Below the pieces are notes generated by a model. The model made no database searches. It saw only the letters and a program-made list of their open reading frames with translations, and was not told where the DNA came from. 64,000 nt of DNA from a virus. Lineage: Duplodnaviria > Caudoviricetes. Positions 38,657 to 48,874 of the stretch are shown piece after piece; positions within the stretch are counted from its first letter, which is position 1; every line of letters begins with the position of its first letter. The stretch is from the IMG/VR virus record IMGVR_UViG_3300042542_003356, positions 1,706 to 65,705 of that record; one strand, given 5' to 3'. The translations under genes and the position numbers were made by a program.

Positions 38657-39865
38657 TTAATAATCCTCTAAAGTTGTTAAAATATATTCTTTTGTAAATT
38701 CTATAAATCCATCATTTTCGTAAAAAAAATAACTATCTATATTGTTTTTTACGTATCCTATACCGTCTCTCCAACAAGAACCTTGAACAGTATTTGGCGG
38801 ACATAGTAAATGAAACCAAATATCTGCTTCTGCATGCCAATCTAGTAATCCTTTTTTTGCCTGAAACCACTCTTTATTCCATGTTCTAGGATATAAAAGA
38901 AGTCTGGCATTCTCTTCTAAGAACTGTTTAGCATTAGCAGCTACTGCAAGACTTTGAAATCTATGAATACTAACCATCTCTCGATTGACTGGTGAAGATA
39001 CAATCCAATTTTTTAACGTATGTGCCTGTTTACTAATTAACGCACAGGCGTCTGGGCTAGTATAGAAAAACTCAACTTGAGCGTTTGAATAGTTTTGTAT
39101 TTCAGCATAGAATAGATTAAGATTAAAGCGTCTATCTGCAAAAGTCATGTAAACTTGATTATTTTTTATTTTTATACCAGGTTTATCTAAACCTATCAAA
39201 ATACCTACTCGATTATTACCATCAATCATTTTTTTAAAATGATCAAAACTAGTAAAGTTATATTTGGCAGAATCTACGGGATTTAATTCTTCTCTAACAT
39301 TTAAAATCCAATCTCCTGATTGAAATTTTGAAAAAATATTTATAGTATGCTGAGTAGTATCAAATAGATTAATCTTAATATTAGGATCTAATATTTGGAT
39401 TTCTTTTAATCTCGGAAATATTTGTAGTACAGTTTCTGTATGGGGTTGAATTTTTGGGTCTTTAGGATCTATATTATACTGATTAAGAATTTTTATGCCT
39501 GTTTCGACGTGGTGAACAACAATTTCATCAATTTTTAAATTTTGCTCTAAGAAAGCCATCACCATATTATGGCTATCGCATCCTCCACTATAGTATATTA
39601 CTATGTAGTCGTATTTTTGCCTAAGATATCTGGCTCTTTCGTAGTATAAATAATCAAGACTTTGCTCAGGCTCCTTAGTCCAGTCGTAAGTGTCAAAAGC
39701 TTCATCATTAAAGTGCCATTTAATTAGTTGATCCGGGGTAATTAAATTTCTATATGGATCTATTTTTGGACTTTTTAATAGTTCGGAAGCAAACAATAGG
39801 GCTTGTATCTTTTTAAAAAATACTTTATCTCCAACTGAATAATAACCATATAGTTTTTTATCCAT
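38657..39865 (-). CDS. PP-loop protein, subfamily A
   Basis: YDYIVIYYSGGCDSH, VREELNP and PDAC.L..KQAH. Confidence 0.75.
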   Translation of the reverse strand: MDKKLYGYYSVGDKVFFKKIQALLFASELLKSPKIDPYRNLITPDQLIKWHFNDEAFDTYDWTKEPEQSLDYLYYERARYLRQKYDYIVIYYSGGCDSHNMVMAFLEQNLKIDEIVVHHVETGIKILNQYNIDPKDPKIQPHTETVLQIFPRLKEIQILDPNIKINLFDTTQHTINIFSKFQSGDWILNVREELNPVDSAKYNFTSFDHFKKMIDGNNRVGILIGLDKPGIKIKNNQVYMTFADRRFNLNLFYAEIQNYSNAQVEFFYTSPDACALISKQAHTLKNWIVSSPVNREMVSIHRFQSLAVAANAKQFLEENARLLLYPRTWNKEWFQAKKGLLDWHAEADIWFHLLCPPNTVQGSCWRDGIGYVKNNIDSYFFYENDGFIEFTKEYILTTLEDY

Positions 39866-39870
39866 ATATT

Positions 39871-41436
39871 TTACTTATATATTTCACTTACGTTCATATA
39901 CCAACCCGCAGCTGTTAAGTTAACTTTTTGTAACATTTTACTAGATGCAACTTTAAATACAGGCTGGGCAAGATTGATAAATATAGATTCATTTATCATC
40001 CGTTTCTGATATTGTTCGTATAACGCATTTCTACGAATCACGTCAGATTCTTCAGCTGCAGTATCTGCAAGACTTACAAAATCTTTAGTGGGTTCCCAAT
40101 GCATTCTCTTTGCAATTCTTGTAACAAAGGGTCTTGTCCAAAGATTTGCATCAAGTGCATCAATCGTATAAGATGCAATCGCCGATTGTAATTTAGCATT
40201 TCTATATTGAGTTATTAATGTTGCTGCATCCATCGGATGTAGAACAACTTCTACATTGATCTTTGCAAGATCTGATTTGATTTTCTGCGCCAATAAAGAG
40301 GAACGCACATTCAGTGTTGGCGAAGTTGAGTAGTGAAAAGTAAATTGAAATCCGTCTGGGTTGTTTGATGCTTTTAAATATTCTTTAGCCTTATTCAAAT
40401 CCAACTTATAACCAAACTTCTCAGTTTGTTCTTTAGTAGTTCCACCAATTCCTATTGGAATAATAGATGGTGGCCTAACTGCATACCCACCTAATAAGTG
40501 CGTAATAATTCCATCATAGTCAATTGCGTGTGCAATTGCTAGCCTTGCATTTCTATCTGCAAGGGCTTTATTTAAGTCAGGGGTTGTTGTAAGAACCATG
40601 TACACGTAATCAAGGCTTGGTTCAGAAACAATGTTCATATTACGCTTCTTTGCTATCTCAACTTGTTCATTAGATAAATTAAAGGCAATATCAATTTCGT
40701 TTGTCTGCAGAGCTAAAAGTTGATTTGCACCTTCAGGAATGTGACGAATAATAACACGATCAAAAAATACTGGTTTGTACCAATGAACATTCTTTTCCCA
40801 AATAACAACTTCATTTCTGGTCCATCTAGTCATCCTATAGGGCCCAGATCCGAAAGAGTTATTATCAAAATACTTGGTTGCAGTATCTTTAGAGTGCGTC
40901 TGATCATCACTTCTGCCGCCAACAGCTTCTACTTGTTTCTTTGAATAAATTCCAAGTGATACGGTCGTTAGAATTGGCAAGATGTTTTCTTTTGGATTGA
41001 CAACGAAGATATCAACAGTTTTATCATCGACAACAAGAACTTCTTTCACATTATCAACAAACTCTTTTGGTTGATAATTCATATTTTTAATTCTATCAAA
41101 TGTGAATTTGACATCGTGTGCAGTAACAGATTCGCCGTTCCAGAATTTGGCATTATCACGAAGATAAAATCTCCAAGATTTTCCTGAGTCCAAAGTCTCC
41201 CACTTCTTTGCAAGTGCAGGCTTTAGAACCTCATAATTGTCTGGAGTAGCAGTAACTAAAGTTTCGTACACATTTCCTATTGTAAAGGGTGTGGAGATAT
41301 CTGCTTGACGAGAAGGATCATAGGTAATTCCGTCTGAGATATCCATGCCGATAATCAGAGTTTTATCTCTTGTTTGAGCTAAAGCTGTGTGGTTAAATAA
41401 AACAATACTAGTAATTAAATAAATAAATTTTAACAT
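39871..41436 (-). CDS. ABC transporter substrate-binding protein, family 5 (DppA/OppA-like)
   Basis: Signal peptide, VYETLV, PALAKKW, FYLR..AKF.NG..VTA.DV.F, GSGPY and R.AI..AIDY. Confidence 0.9.
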   Translation of the reverse strand: MLKFIYLITSIVLFNHTALAQTRDKTLIIGMDISDGITYDPSRQADISTPFTIGNVYETLVTATPDNYEVLKPALAKKWETLDSGKSWRFYLRDNAKFWNGESVTAHDVKFTFDRIKNMNYQPKEFVDNVKEVLVVDDKTVDIFVVNPKENILPILTTVSLGIYSKKQVEAVGGRSDDQTHSKDTATKYFDNNSFGSGPYRMTRWTRNEVVIWEKNVHWYKPVFFDRVIIRHIPEGANQLLALQTNEIDIAFNLSNEQVEIAKKRNMNIVSEPSLDYVYMVLTTTPDLNKALADRNARLAIAHAIDYDGIITHLLGGYAVRPPSIIPIGIGGTTKEQTEKFGYKLDLNKAKEYLKASNNPDGFQFTFHYSTSPTLNVRSSLLAQKIKSDLAKINVEVVLHPMDAATLITQYRNAKLQSAIASYTIDALDANLWTRPFVTRIAKRMHWEPTKDFVSLADTAAEESDVIRRNALYEQYQKRMINESIFINLAQPVFKVASSKMLQKVNLTAAGWYMNVSEIYK

Positions 41437-41502
41437 TTTTTCCTCTATAGGAAATATACTATTTTTAATAGCACTAGACTACAAAAAATATAAAGAGTGT
41501 CC

Positions 41503-41811
41503 TTAAGATGCTGCAAAAGATTTAGTAATCTCTATAAGGAATCCCATATTTTGTAGTCTTACGTTAAATTCGTTTAACTCTGTTAAGTATACTCGATTAG
41601 TAAAATCATCATTTTTCTCTTTTGATTCCCAAAAAGTCACATATGAAATACTATTTGGACCAACTATAATTTCTCTAGAGATTATATTCTCATTCAGTAA
41701 TTCTATATAACCCAAGCCTGAATTAGCAAGTTTGCAAGCTTCATTTGCGCTCTCTAAAGTTATATTACTTTTCATTAACGTGTATTGAACTCTATACATT
41801 AGATTCTCCAA
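41503..41811 (-). CDS. hypothetical protein
   Basis: 102-aa ORF. The YVTFWESKE segment weakly recalls ABM-like dimeric barrels. Confidence 0.5.
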   Translation of the reverse strand: MENLMYRVQYTLMKSNITLESANEACKLANSGLGYIELLNENIISREIIVGPNSISYVTFWESKEKNDDFTNRVYLTELNEFNVRLQNMGFLIEITKSFAAS

Positions 41812-42769
41812 TTAAATTTTTAAGTATTTCCCATTCAAAAGTATGTAAAAATACTTTTGTATTTTTTGTTTTGTTATTATTAGCTATATAAACAGCATTT
41901 TCCTTCAAATTAGATAAATAAGCTTTTACATCTTCTGAAACTTCTTTATTAAATTTTTTCGCATCTATAAGAAACACAAAACAATTAGAATAGAATCTAT
42001 TTCTATCAATTTTATCTGTAGAAGGTATAAAAATATTACACATAAGCTCTATTAATAATCCTATGTTAAACAGTTTATGAGAGTCAAATATTATACCTGC
42101 TTGGCTCTTTAGAGGGTTATTATTTTCAGCATCATACATATGTTTTGGATCTAAAGTATGTGTTCCGTTTAAAGATAGAGGCTTTTCTAGTAATTTATTC
42201 TGCCGCAGTAAATGTTTAATATTATTCTCACTATTACTAGGTAATGTCATATCAAAACAAAAATTATTAGTACAAAAACCTGATAAACACATTGTGCTTA
42301 GTTTTTTAGTAGATCCCCCATAAGGTATTACTAACTTACTACCTTCAATGTTACTTACTAAAAACCCAAAATAATTAGATAAATCTATACCTTGCCAAAC
42401 AGATTTTATGTATCCTAAATGTCCCATATTTTTTACAAAAAACATAGAAGAGCCTAAGCTATCAGTTATTTTTAAATGTTTCTTTAAGAGGGAGGATAAA
42501 ACATACTGACCAAAGGTTTTATCAGCATCATATATATAAACATTATTAGTAAAATCTACATACTTTATATTCTTAGTTTTATTGAGTATACCTTTTTTTA
42601 ACCAGTTTTCATACGTTGTTAATAATTGTATTCCGTGCGAAGGGTGCTTGTTTTCGTGTGCTATAACAATGCTTCTGGCAACAGAATGGCTAACTTCTTG
42701 ATCTACGTGAAGTTTCTGTAAATATTTACTAATTAAATCCTGTAATAATTCCGTAGGTATTTCGATCAT
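41792..42769 (-). CDS. divergent Ldh_2 family (malate/L-lactate/ureidoglycolate dehydrogenase-like) protein
   Basis: SHGIQLL..Y, DAD..FGQ, GHLGY, PYGG, FDM and HK...GL.IEL. Confidence 0.7.
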   Translation of the reverse strand: MIEIPTELLQDLISKYLQKLHVDQEVSHSVARSIVIAHENKHPSHGIQLLTTYENWLKKGILNKTKNIKYVDFTNNVYIYDADKTFGQYVLSSLLKKHLKITDSLGSSMFFVKNMGHLGYIKSVWQGIDLSNYFGFLVSNIEGSKLVIPYGGSTKKLSTMCLSGFCTNNFCFDMTLPSNSENNIKHLLRQNKLLEKPLSLNGTHTLDPKHMYDAENNNPLKSQAGIIFDSHKLFNIGLLIELMCNIFIPSTDKIDRNRFYSNCFVFLIDAKKFNKEVSEDVKAYLSNLKENAVYIANNNKTKNTKVFLHTFEWEILKNLIGESNV

Positions 42770-42776
42770 ACTAAAA

Positions 42777-43643
42777 CTATCCTTTAATAATATTTAAATA
42801 ATCAACATAAGTATATTCTTTAATAATATTTTTAGAATATAATAAAGGTCTAACTCTCCTTTTAGCAGCTTCGACTTCTTTTGTTATTTTTTCAAATCCT
42901 GTGATTTTTATACGTGAAGACAAATTTGGAAAATGCGTAGAGTAAAAAACGTTTTTAAATATATCCCAATCTCGTTGAGATACTTTTTTATTAATAAAGT
43001 TTCTAAAATTATTGTCTGCTAACCAAGATGCTATAATATTAGGATCATATCTGTAAAATGGTATAAAAGTTTTACAATATTCTCTAAATCTACCTACATA
43101 CTCAGACTCCTCATATATAAAAAGATCCCTGTCATATAGGTATCTAAAATTAAAATCTCCAAGGCCAAATACATCTACAGAACTATTTGTAGATTGTTCA
43201 AGAATTTTTAATAGTAAAGTATATTGTGGATCTAACGTAGACAATCTAATAGCATATATTTCATATTCATTTTTTAAAAAATCTTCATAATCTATATCAA
43301 TAATTTCATAGTTAATTTTATATAATTTACACGCAGCTAGTCCTATTTCAAAATCAAAGTCATTTAATAAGTTTTTAAATCTAATTAGTTTCACATTTAT
43401 TTTATGCTTATTATCGCTATGAATAAACCCTAAAAGAACAGCTTGACTATCTAATCCTCCAGACAAAAATAAATTAACATTTTTATGATTTGTAATAATT
43501 TTTTCCGCGGTGCTTATAACGGCATTTTTAAGAAGTGAGATACTAGTAGCTTTTCCAAATTTTATAGAGTAATCTATACGTTCTGGAAAGTAATAAGATT
43601 TATCATCCCATAAATGTTGATAATGGTTATTCTCAGTAGTCAT
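42777..43643 (-). CDS. PP-loop protein, short asparagine-synthetase-like type C
   Basis: LFLSGGLDSQ and C-terminal R.K.TGFE. Confidence 0.7.
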   Translation of the reverse strand: MTTENNHYQHLWDDKSYYFPERIDYSIKFGKATSISLLKNAVISTAEKIITNHKNVNLFLSGGLDSQAVLLGFIHSDNKHKINVKLIRFKNLLNDFDFEIGLAACKLYKINYEIIDIDYEDFLKNEYEIYAIRLSTLDPQYTLLLKILEQSTNSSVDVFGLGDFNFRYLYDRDLFIYEESEYVGRFREYCKTFIPFYRYDPNIIASWLADNNFRNFINKKVSQRDWDIFKNVFYSTHFPNLSSRIKITGFEKITKEVEAAKRRVRPLLYSKNIIKEYTYVDYLNIIKG

Positions 43644-44119
43644 ACTAATTCCTTATTTAAGATTACATACTCTATTGACCTATTATTTTTTAAAGAGGCT
43701 ATTAATCTTGGAGAGTTATTTTTGTTTACACTAGCTGATATTCGTTTAGCTCCTTTACTTTTAAAATAACTTTCTACGTAGTTAAATAATATAGTATTAA
43801 AACCTTTCTGTCTATGTTTAGGATCTGTAAAAGTCATTAATATCCAACCGGTTCTGTTTCTAGCAGAGTAAAAACAAACTATTCCACTTACTACTTCATT
43901 GTTACTATTCTTACAATAAAAAACCTTGCACTTATCTATATCTAAACACCAAGACAGAGAAGAAGGGCACCAATCCTTTTCTGTAATCTCTACCATTGTT
44001 TTTAAAAATAGCAGAGTAGTTTCGCTGTTCATAAAATCACTGTCATACCAGATTTCAAAATCTTCTCCATCTATAGTAACGGTATTTTTTTTCTCTAATA
44101 TAGGAGTAGTTTCAGTCAT
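43640..44119 (-). CDS. GNAT acetyltransferase
   Basis: FTDPKHRQKGF acetyl-CoA motif A and V...N motif B. Confidence 0.8.
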   Translation of the reverse strand: MTETTPILEKKNTVTIDGEDFEIWYDSDFMNSETTLLFLKTMVEITEKDWCPSSLSWCLDIDKCKVFYCKNSNNEVVSGIVCFYSARNRTGWILMTFTDPKHRQKGFNTILFNYVESYFKSKGAKRISASVNKNNSPRLIASLKNNRSIEYVILNKELV

Positions 44120-44990
44120 TTTTTAGAATCTCTATTAATTGTGTTAATCTATTTTTATACTCTTGTTCACTATTAAAATCAACTAAAAAGTTATCATAGC
44201 CTCTCCGTCTGTGTATTTGTAGCATATCAGAAGAATTCCAAGCCTCTTTTAGCTTATTAATTATTTTAGGACTATCGGAAGGGTTAATGTTTTTAGCAAT
44301 CAAGTAAGCATTGATAGAAAACGTGTGATTAGCCTTTTCAAACTCAGGTAAAACATCTTTTATAGTAGGTAAATCTCTATGAGGTATACTGGACCATAGA
44401 CACTTATCTTTAAATACCTCTAAGTCATATATACCAGATCTAAAAGCAAAATCTATTTCTTGAGCTTTTGCCATAGTTAAAACAGCGCTAGAATTATTTA
44501 CCTTAACTGTTTTTATTTTATTATTATATTTTTTAGATAAGATTTCAAACAGCTCCGCACTTTTATTTTCTGGATGTATAGCTACTGTACGTACAATATT
44601 AGGCCTTGTTAAATCTTCCCACGTCTTACTAGATACGGAGCAAAAGAAATAAGGGTTGGTATATACCCAAAAAATTATATCATAAGTTTTTTCTTCTAAA
44701 TAACAAGCCGTATTGTTTTTATCCGTTAATCCGTCAATTCCATGAGCAATTAACATCAATGTAGGAGTATTGCTATTTTGCCATAAAAGTTTAGCTAAGG
44801 CACAGTTTTGATTGGTAATAGCCACTTCTGTTTTAAGATCTGCTCTACTCAATGAGTCTGCAAATATTTTTGCTTGCTGACCGTTTGTTCCTGTTACTGT
44901 TCCATTTGTTATCAATGTTATTTGAGTAGCGTGTGTGTCTTTTAAATAGAAGATACACATAAAAATTATTAAAAAAGTTTTTAGTAACAT
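44112..44990 (-). CDS. TctC/Bug-like periplasmic binding protein, paralog 1
   Basis: Signal peptide, adjacency to TctA and DLPT..(E) near the C-terminus. Confidence 0.6.
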   Translation of the reverse strand: MLLKTFLIIFMCIFYLKDTHATQITLITNGTVTGTNGQQAKIFADSLSRADLKTEVAITNQNCALAKLLWQNSNTPTLMLIAHGIDGLTDKNNTACYLEEKTYDIIFWVYTNPYFFCSVSSKTWEDLTRPNIVRTVAIHPENKSAELFEILSKKYNNKIKTVKVNNSSAVLTMAKAQEIDFAFRSGIYDLEVFKDKCLWSSIPHRDLPTIKDVLPEFEKANHTFSINAYLIAKNINPSDSPKIINKLKEAWNSSDMLQIHRRRGYDNFLVDFNSEQEYKNRLTQLIEILKND

Positions 44991-44999
44991 AAAATCCTC

Positions 45000-46310
45000 T
45001 TATAGTATATAAATTTGATAAAATCTGTAAAAAAGCTGTTCTACATTGTTTTGAAGTAAAAAAGCATAGGTAAATGGTAATAGATCTAATTTATTTAACA
45101 GTAACCCTAGTGAAAAGAAAAGAAAAAGAACAATTAAGTAAAAAGTTCCTTGACTTAGTTCAAAACCTAAGTAAAAAATAGACGATATAACTAATCCAAA
45201 AATCAATATGGGTATATACGACGATAAGTTAGTTATAAACTTATTGAATTTTTTAAGACAAGTCCACGATAGGTAAAAAGCAATGGTATTAGTAGATAAT
45301 AATAACAATAAAAGTATTGGGAAATTGTCGTATATAGTTTTCCAGTTAATAAAATTGTTACTAGAGGTTATAATCTCTAGTAGTACAAACTCGCTAGGAA
45401 CTATAGCTACTCCTAAAAACAACAAAGGAACTAACACAGATATATTTGCTGAATTATTAGCAGATTCTGCTGCAGCAGCTTGAGCAACAAAATTATCAGG
45501 CCTTAATTTCTTTTCTATATTAAAAGCTAGATTGCTGCTTATTCCATTACCTATATAAGGTATTAATCCGCTTATAAAGCCAATTATAGAAGATCTTAAT
45601 ATAGTAACTAAATTCTTAGAAGAAGTTTTAACTAAACTGAAGTTTACCAGAAAACTGTTACTAGTCCCTTTCATATTTTTGAGTTTTTTAGTCATAAAAT
45701 ATAAGCTTGGTAAAGCGTATATGCCCATAATAGCAGGTAAGGCTGGTATCCCAGAGTATAGATAAGGGTTATTAAATGTCATAAAACTTGAATTTGATAT
45801 GTCATTATACCCTACCTTACCAAAAAACCAACCAACAAGCAATAAAATAATTGAAGTAACTATCTTATTGTCAGAATAAAGCACGCACAAAAAAAGCCCA
45901 ACAACTGCAAAAAATAAGGAGAAATAGGATTTTAGATAAAAAATATTAGATAAGAAAAAATCTATACTAAAGTATAAAATAACCAAAGATAATAAAGAAG
46001 CTATAAGACTACCGAATGCACATAGATAATATACCTCATTCAGCCTATTAGATTCCAATATTTTGTCTTTTATAGAAAATAGTGGTAAGCTAGTATTTTC
46101 TCCAGGTATGCCAAAAGTGAGGGTAGTTACGCTTCCAAAATACTGACTTATAGAAGAGGCCACACAGTAAAATATTATGCAAAAAATAAGAGACTGTGAG
46201 ATTAAAAAGGGAAAGCATATTAATAAAAAAGAGGTAGTTCCTAAACCGGGTAAGAGACCTATTAATATACCGGCAATCATACCAAAAAAAGAGGCGATAA
46301 CATAATCCAT
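45000..46310 (-). CDS. tripartite tricarboxylate transporter TctA-like membrane protein
   Basis: G...GLLPGLG, YFGS......IPGE, AAAESANN and PLL.LG motifs; many TM segments. Confidence 0.85.
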   Translation of the reverse strand: MDYVIASFFGMIAGILIGLLPGLGTTSFLLICFPFLISQSLIFCIIFYCVASSISQYFGSVTTLTFGIPGENTSLPLFSIKDKILESNRLNEVYYLCAFGSLIASLLSLVILYFSIDFFLSNIFYLKSYFSLFFAVVGLFLCVLYSDNKIVTSIILLLVGWFFGKVGYNDISNSSFMTFNNPYLYSGIPALPAIMGIYALPSLYFMTKKLKNMKGTSNSFLVNFSLVKTSSKNLVTILRSSIIGFISGLIPYIGNGISSNLAFNIEKKLRPDNFVAQAAAAESANNSANISVLVPLLFLGVAIVPSEFVLLEIITSSNNFINWKTIYDNFPILLLLLLSTNTIAFYLSWTCLKKFNKFITNLSSYIPILIFGLVISSIFYLGFELSQGTFYLIVLFLFFSLGLLLNKLDLLPFTYAFLLQNNVEQLFYRFYQIYIL

Positions 46311-46314
46311 AATT

Positions 46315-47625
46315 TTATTTCAAATTTACATAAATTAGATTCTGTAAATCTCTCTCAGTTAAATCAGCTATTAGTTTTTTTTGATTTATATTTTGTCTTG
46401 TATTGATGTTAGTAATTTTTATTTCTTTGTTATATAGGTAGCCAATTTTGTAAAAGTTTTTAAGTCTAATTAATCCATCTGGAAAAGATAGATCATCTAA
46501 ATAATATTGTATATATGGACTACAATGTTTTTTTACATAATCTAACCCAGATCTCCATAGAGAATGTTCAATAGTATTTTGTGATTGAGTTATAAACCAA
46601 TAATCATTTTCTGCGTGCCAATCTAGCTGATTTTTATCTGATTGAAACCAGTCTTTATTCCAAGTTGTATATAAAATAGGCCTTAAAATTCTATCAGTAG
46701 CATGTCGATTGTCTTTTAATAAAATAGGGGACTCATGAAAAAATATTTGATAGTAACGATTTTTTTCAAGCCATTTTTTAATGACGTGAGCTTGTTTACA
46801 TAATAGATCACAAGCATCTGGACTCCAATAAAAATACTCTATAGTGCTATTAGTGTATCGGGTCAAATTTTCTCCAATAGGTATTTGATTAGCAGTTCTA
46901 TCCGTAAAAACAAGCTCAACTAAATTAGTTGTTTTCTGTATTCTTATTTTAGCTTTATCCATTCCAACAATTATACCGATTTTTTTATTTACATCTAAGA
47001 CTCTTTCAACGTTTGCAAATTTACATAGATCAAATCTAGATGCGTCAACCGGATTTAATTCTTCTCTAACTTTTAGTGTCCAGCTTTCATCGTTGTTTTT
47101 GGTAAAAAAATCAAAAACTGAATTTGATGTATCTATTACTGTAATTTTAGTTTTAGGAGATAGGTTAGATATTTCGGCCAATCTAAATTTAGTCTGTAGC
47201 TCGAACTCAGCTTCATAGCAATATTTTGCAGATGTCTCGATCGGATCAACAATAGCAAAATTTTTCATTGCGTTGTGCATTCTTGTAACAACAATCTCAT
47301 CAATAAATAAACCTTGTCTTAAAAAAGACATGATTATATTCCAACTATCAGCTCCGCCACTAAAACTTATAATTATATAATCATATAGCTCCCGTAAATG
47401 TTTTGATCTTATATCGTATAATTCATCTAGTGAACTATCTGGCTCTATAGTCCAGTCATAATTATTAAAAGCTTCGTTATTAAAATTCCAAGTTATAAGC
47501 TGATATGGTTTAATATTCAATTTATGATCTAGCTTATTAAAAAGTTTAGTTGCAAACATACAAGCCTCAACTTTTGAATAAAATATTCTATCTCCGACTG
47601 TATAATACCCTAGCTTTTTATTCAT
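46315..47625 (-). CDS. PP-loop protein, subfamily A
   Basis: YDYIIISFSGGADSW, VREELNP and EYFYWSPDACDLLCKQAH. Confidence 0.75.
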   Translation of the reverse strand: MNKKLGYYTVGDRIFYSKVEACMFATKLFNKLDHKLNIKPYQLITWNFNNEAFNNYDWTIEPDSSLDELYDIRSKHLRELYDYIIISFSGGADSWNIIMSFLRQGLFIDEIVVTRMHNAMKNFAIVDPIETSAKYCYEAEFELQTKFRLAEISNLSPKTKITVIDTSNSVFDFFTKNNDESWTLKVREELNPVDASRFDLCKFANVERVLDVNKKIGIIVGMDKAKIRIQKTTNLVELVFTDRTANQIPIGENLTRYTNSTIEYFYWSPDACDLLCKQAHVIKKWLEKNRYYQIFFHESPILLKDNRHATDRILRPILYTTWNKDWFQSDKNQLDWHAENDYWFITQSQNTIEHSLWRSGLDYVKKHCSPYIQYYLDDLSFPDGLIRLKNFYKIGYLYNKEIKITNINTRQNINQKKLIADLTERDLQNLIYVNLK

Positions 47626-48065
47626 GACTTTGCCTTATAAGTTTTAAAAAGTATATCCCAAACAGGAGTAAAAACTCCAAAATTTTTAGTATACTCAGAG
47701 TGATGAACTAAGTGCCATTTACCGCTTGTAAGAAATGGGTATACATCAAAATGATAGTTATGTTCTACTCTTTCTTGGATACAAACAGCCCAAACATAAT
47801 AGATTATGAATACAGTAAAATCTTGAAAAACTAAACACAATAATATTGTAGGTATTATTTCTATCAGCCATTGATCTATGGTGCTTCTCCAGGTATCAAA
47901 AAATAAGAAATAGTTTGACCAATGATGTCCTTTATTAGTTTGTTTATAGATCTGTAAATGGTGATCTTGATGATATTTCCATAGAAATGGAACAATATGT
48001 GCTAACCTATGACAAAGGTATAATAATAGAGACCAGACTATTAGTTGAAATATTAAATACGTCAT
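47622..48065 (-). CDS. fatty acid hydroxylase / sterol desaturase family protein
   Basis: His boxes HRLAH, HQDHH, EH and HLVHH, plus NFG...WD..F.T. Confidence 0.85.
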   Translation of the reverse strand: MTYLIFQLIVWSLLLYLCHRLAHIVPFLWKYHQDHHLQIYKQTNKGHHWSNYFLFFDTWRSTIDQWLIEIIPTILLCLVFQDFTVFIIYYVWAVCIQERVEHNYHFDVYPFLTSGKWHLVHHSEYTKNFGVFTPVWDILFKTYKAKS

Positions 48066-48874
48066 TCAGATATCCTGTTCATTAAGACTTCTCTGGTGCC
48101 GAAAAATGTTTTTGTCTGTGGTCTGTGTTTTCTATTTATCTCTAACTGCTCGAGCATATCTTTTAATTTAGGGTTAAAGAAATACTGCGGTCTTATTTTC
48201 GGCCTATATCTAACAGCAAATACTCTTTCTTTGTAATCTGCCCAAGTTAAATCTGTATCTCTGACAGCTGCTAAACTAGCATAGGCTATTTGTGGAGTGT
48301 GTAGAAAAAAATTACATATCTTTGCGGTTGGAAAAAGAGTAGAACAATAAAAATCCCACTCAGGAAGATAGTAATTTTGTTGCGAGATTATATCTTCTCC
48401 ATCTCCTAGTATATGTCCCCCATCAACCCAAAGTCCTTTTTCGCCCAAAACATATTCGCAAGAAAGATATTGAGCAGAGGGCCAAGCAGTTCCGTTTATA
48501 GTTTTATATATCTTATCATAGTATATACTTAGAAAGTCACTAAGAGATAGTTTAATAACTTTGGCTTCAATCTTCAGCTCTCTTAAAGCTTTATAAGCAA
48601 AAAGCCTTTCTATCTCCAAACCTTCGAGATCTATTAAAACAGGAACAAAATCTACTTGTAACTTATGTAACCTTCTGATAATAAATTCAGAATCGTAACC
48701 TCCACTAAAGGCTACAAATATCTTTTGAGAAGCAATATCTTTTATTACATTGTCTACCGCAACATCAAAGGGAACTTTCTCAAAGCTAGTTCTTTTAATA
48801 CTAGCTTTGAAATCAACGTTTGGATTACTCCATCTTTCTGAAATATTTGTAGTTAACCAGTGCATATTAGTCAA
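48062..48874 (-). CDS. PP-loop protein, short type C
   Basis: FVAFSGGYDSE and C-terminal YRPK. Confidence 0.7.
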   Translation of the reverse strand: MTNMHWLTTNISERWSNPNVDFKASIKRTSFEKVPFDVAVDNVIKDIASQKIFVAFSGGYDSEFIIRRLHKLQVDFVPVLIDLEGLEIERLFAYKALRELKIEAKVIKLSLSDFLSIYYDKIYKTINGTAWPSAQYLSCEYVLGEKGLWVDGGHILGDGEDIISQQNYYLPEWDFYCSTLFPTAKICNFFLHTPQIAYASLAAVRDTDLTWADYKERVFAVRYRPKIRPQYFFNPKLKDMLEQLEINRKHRPQTKTFFGTREVLMNRISE

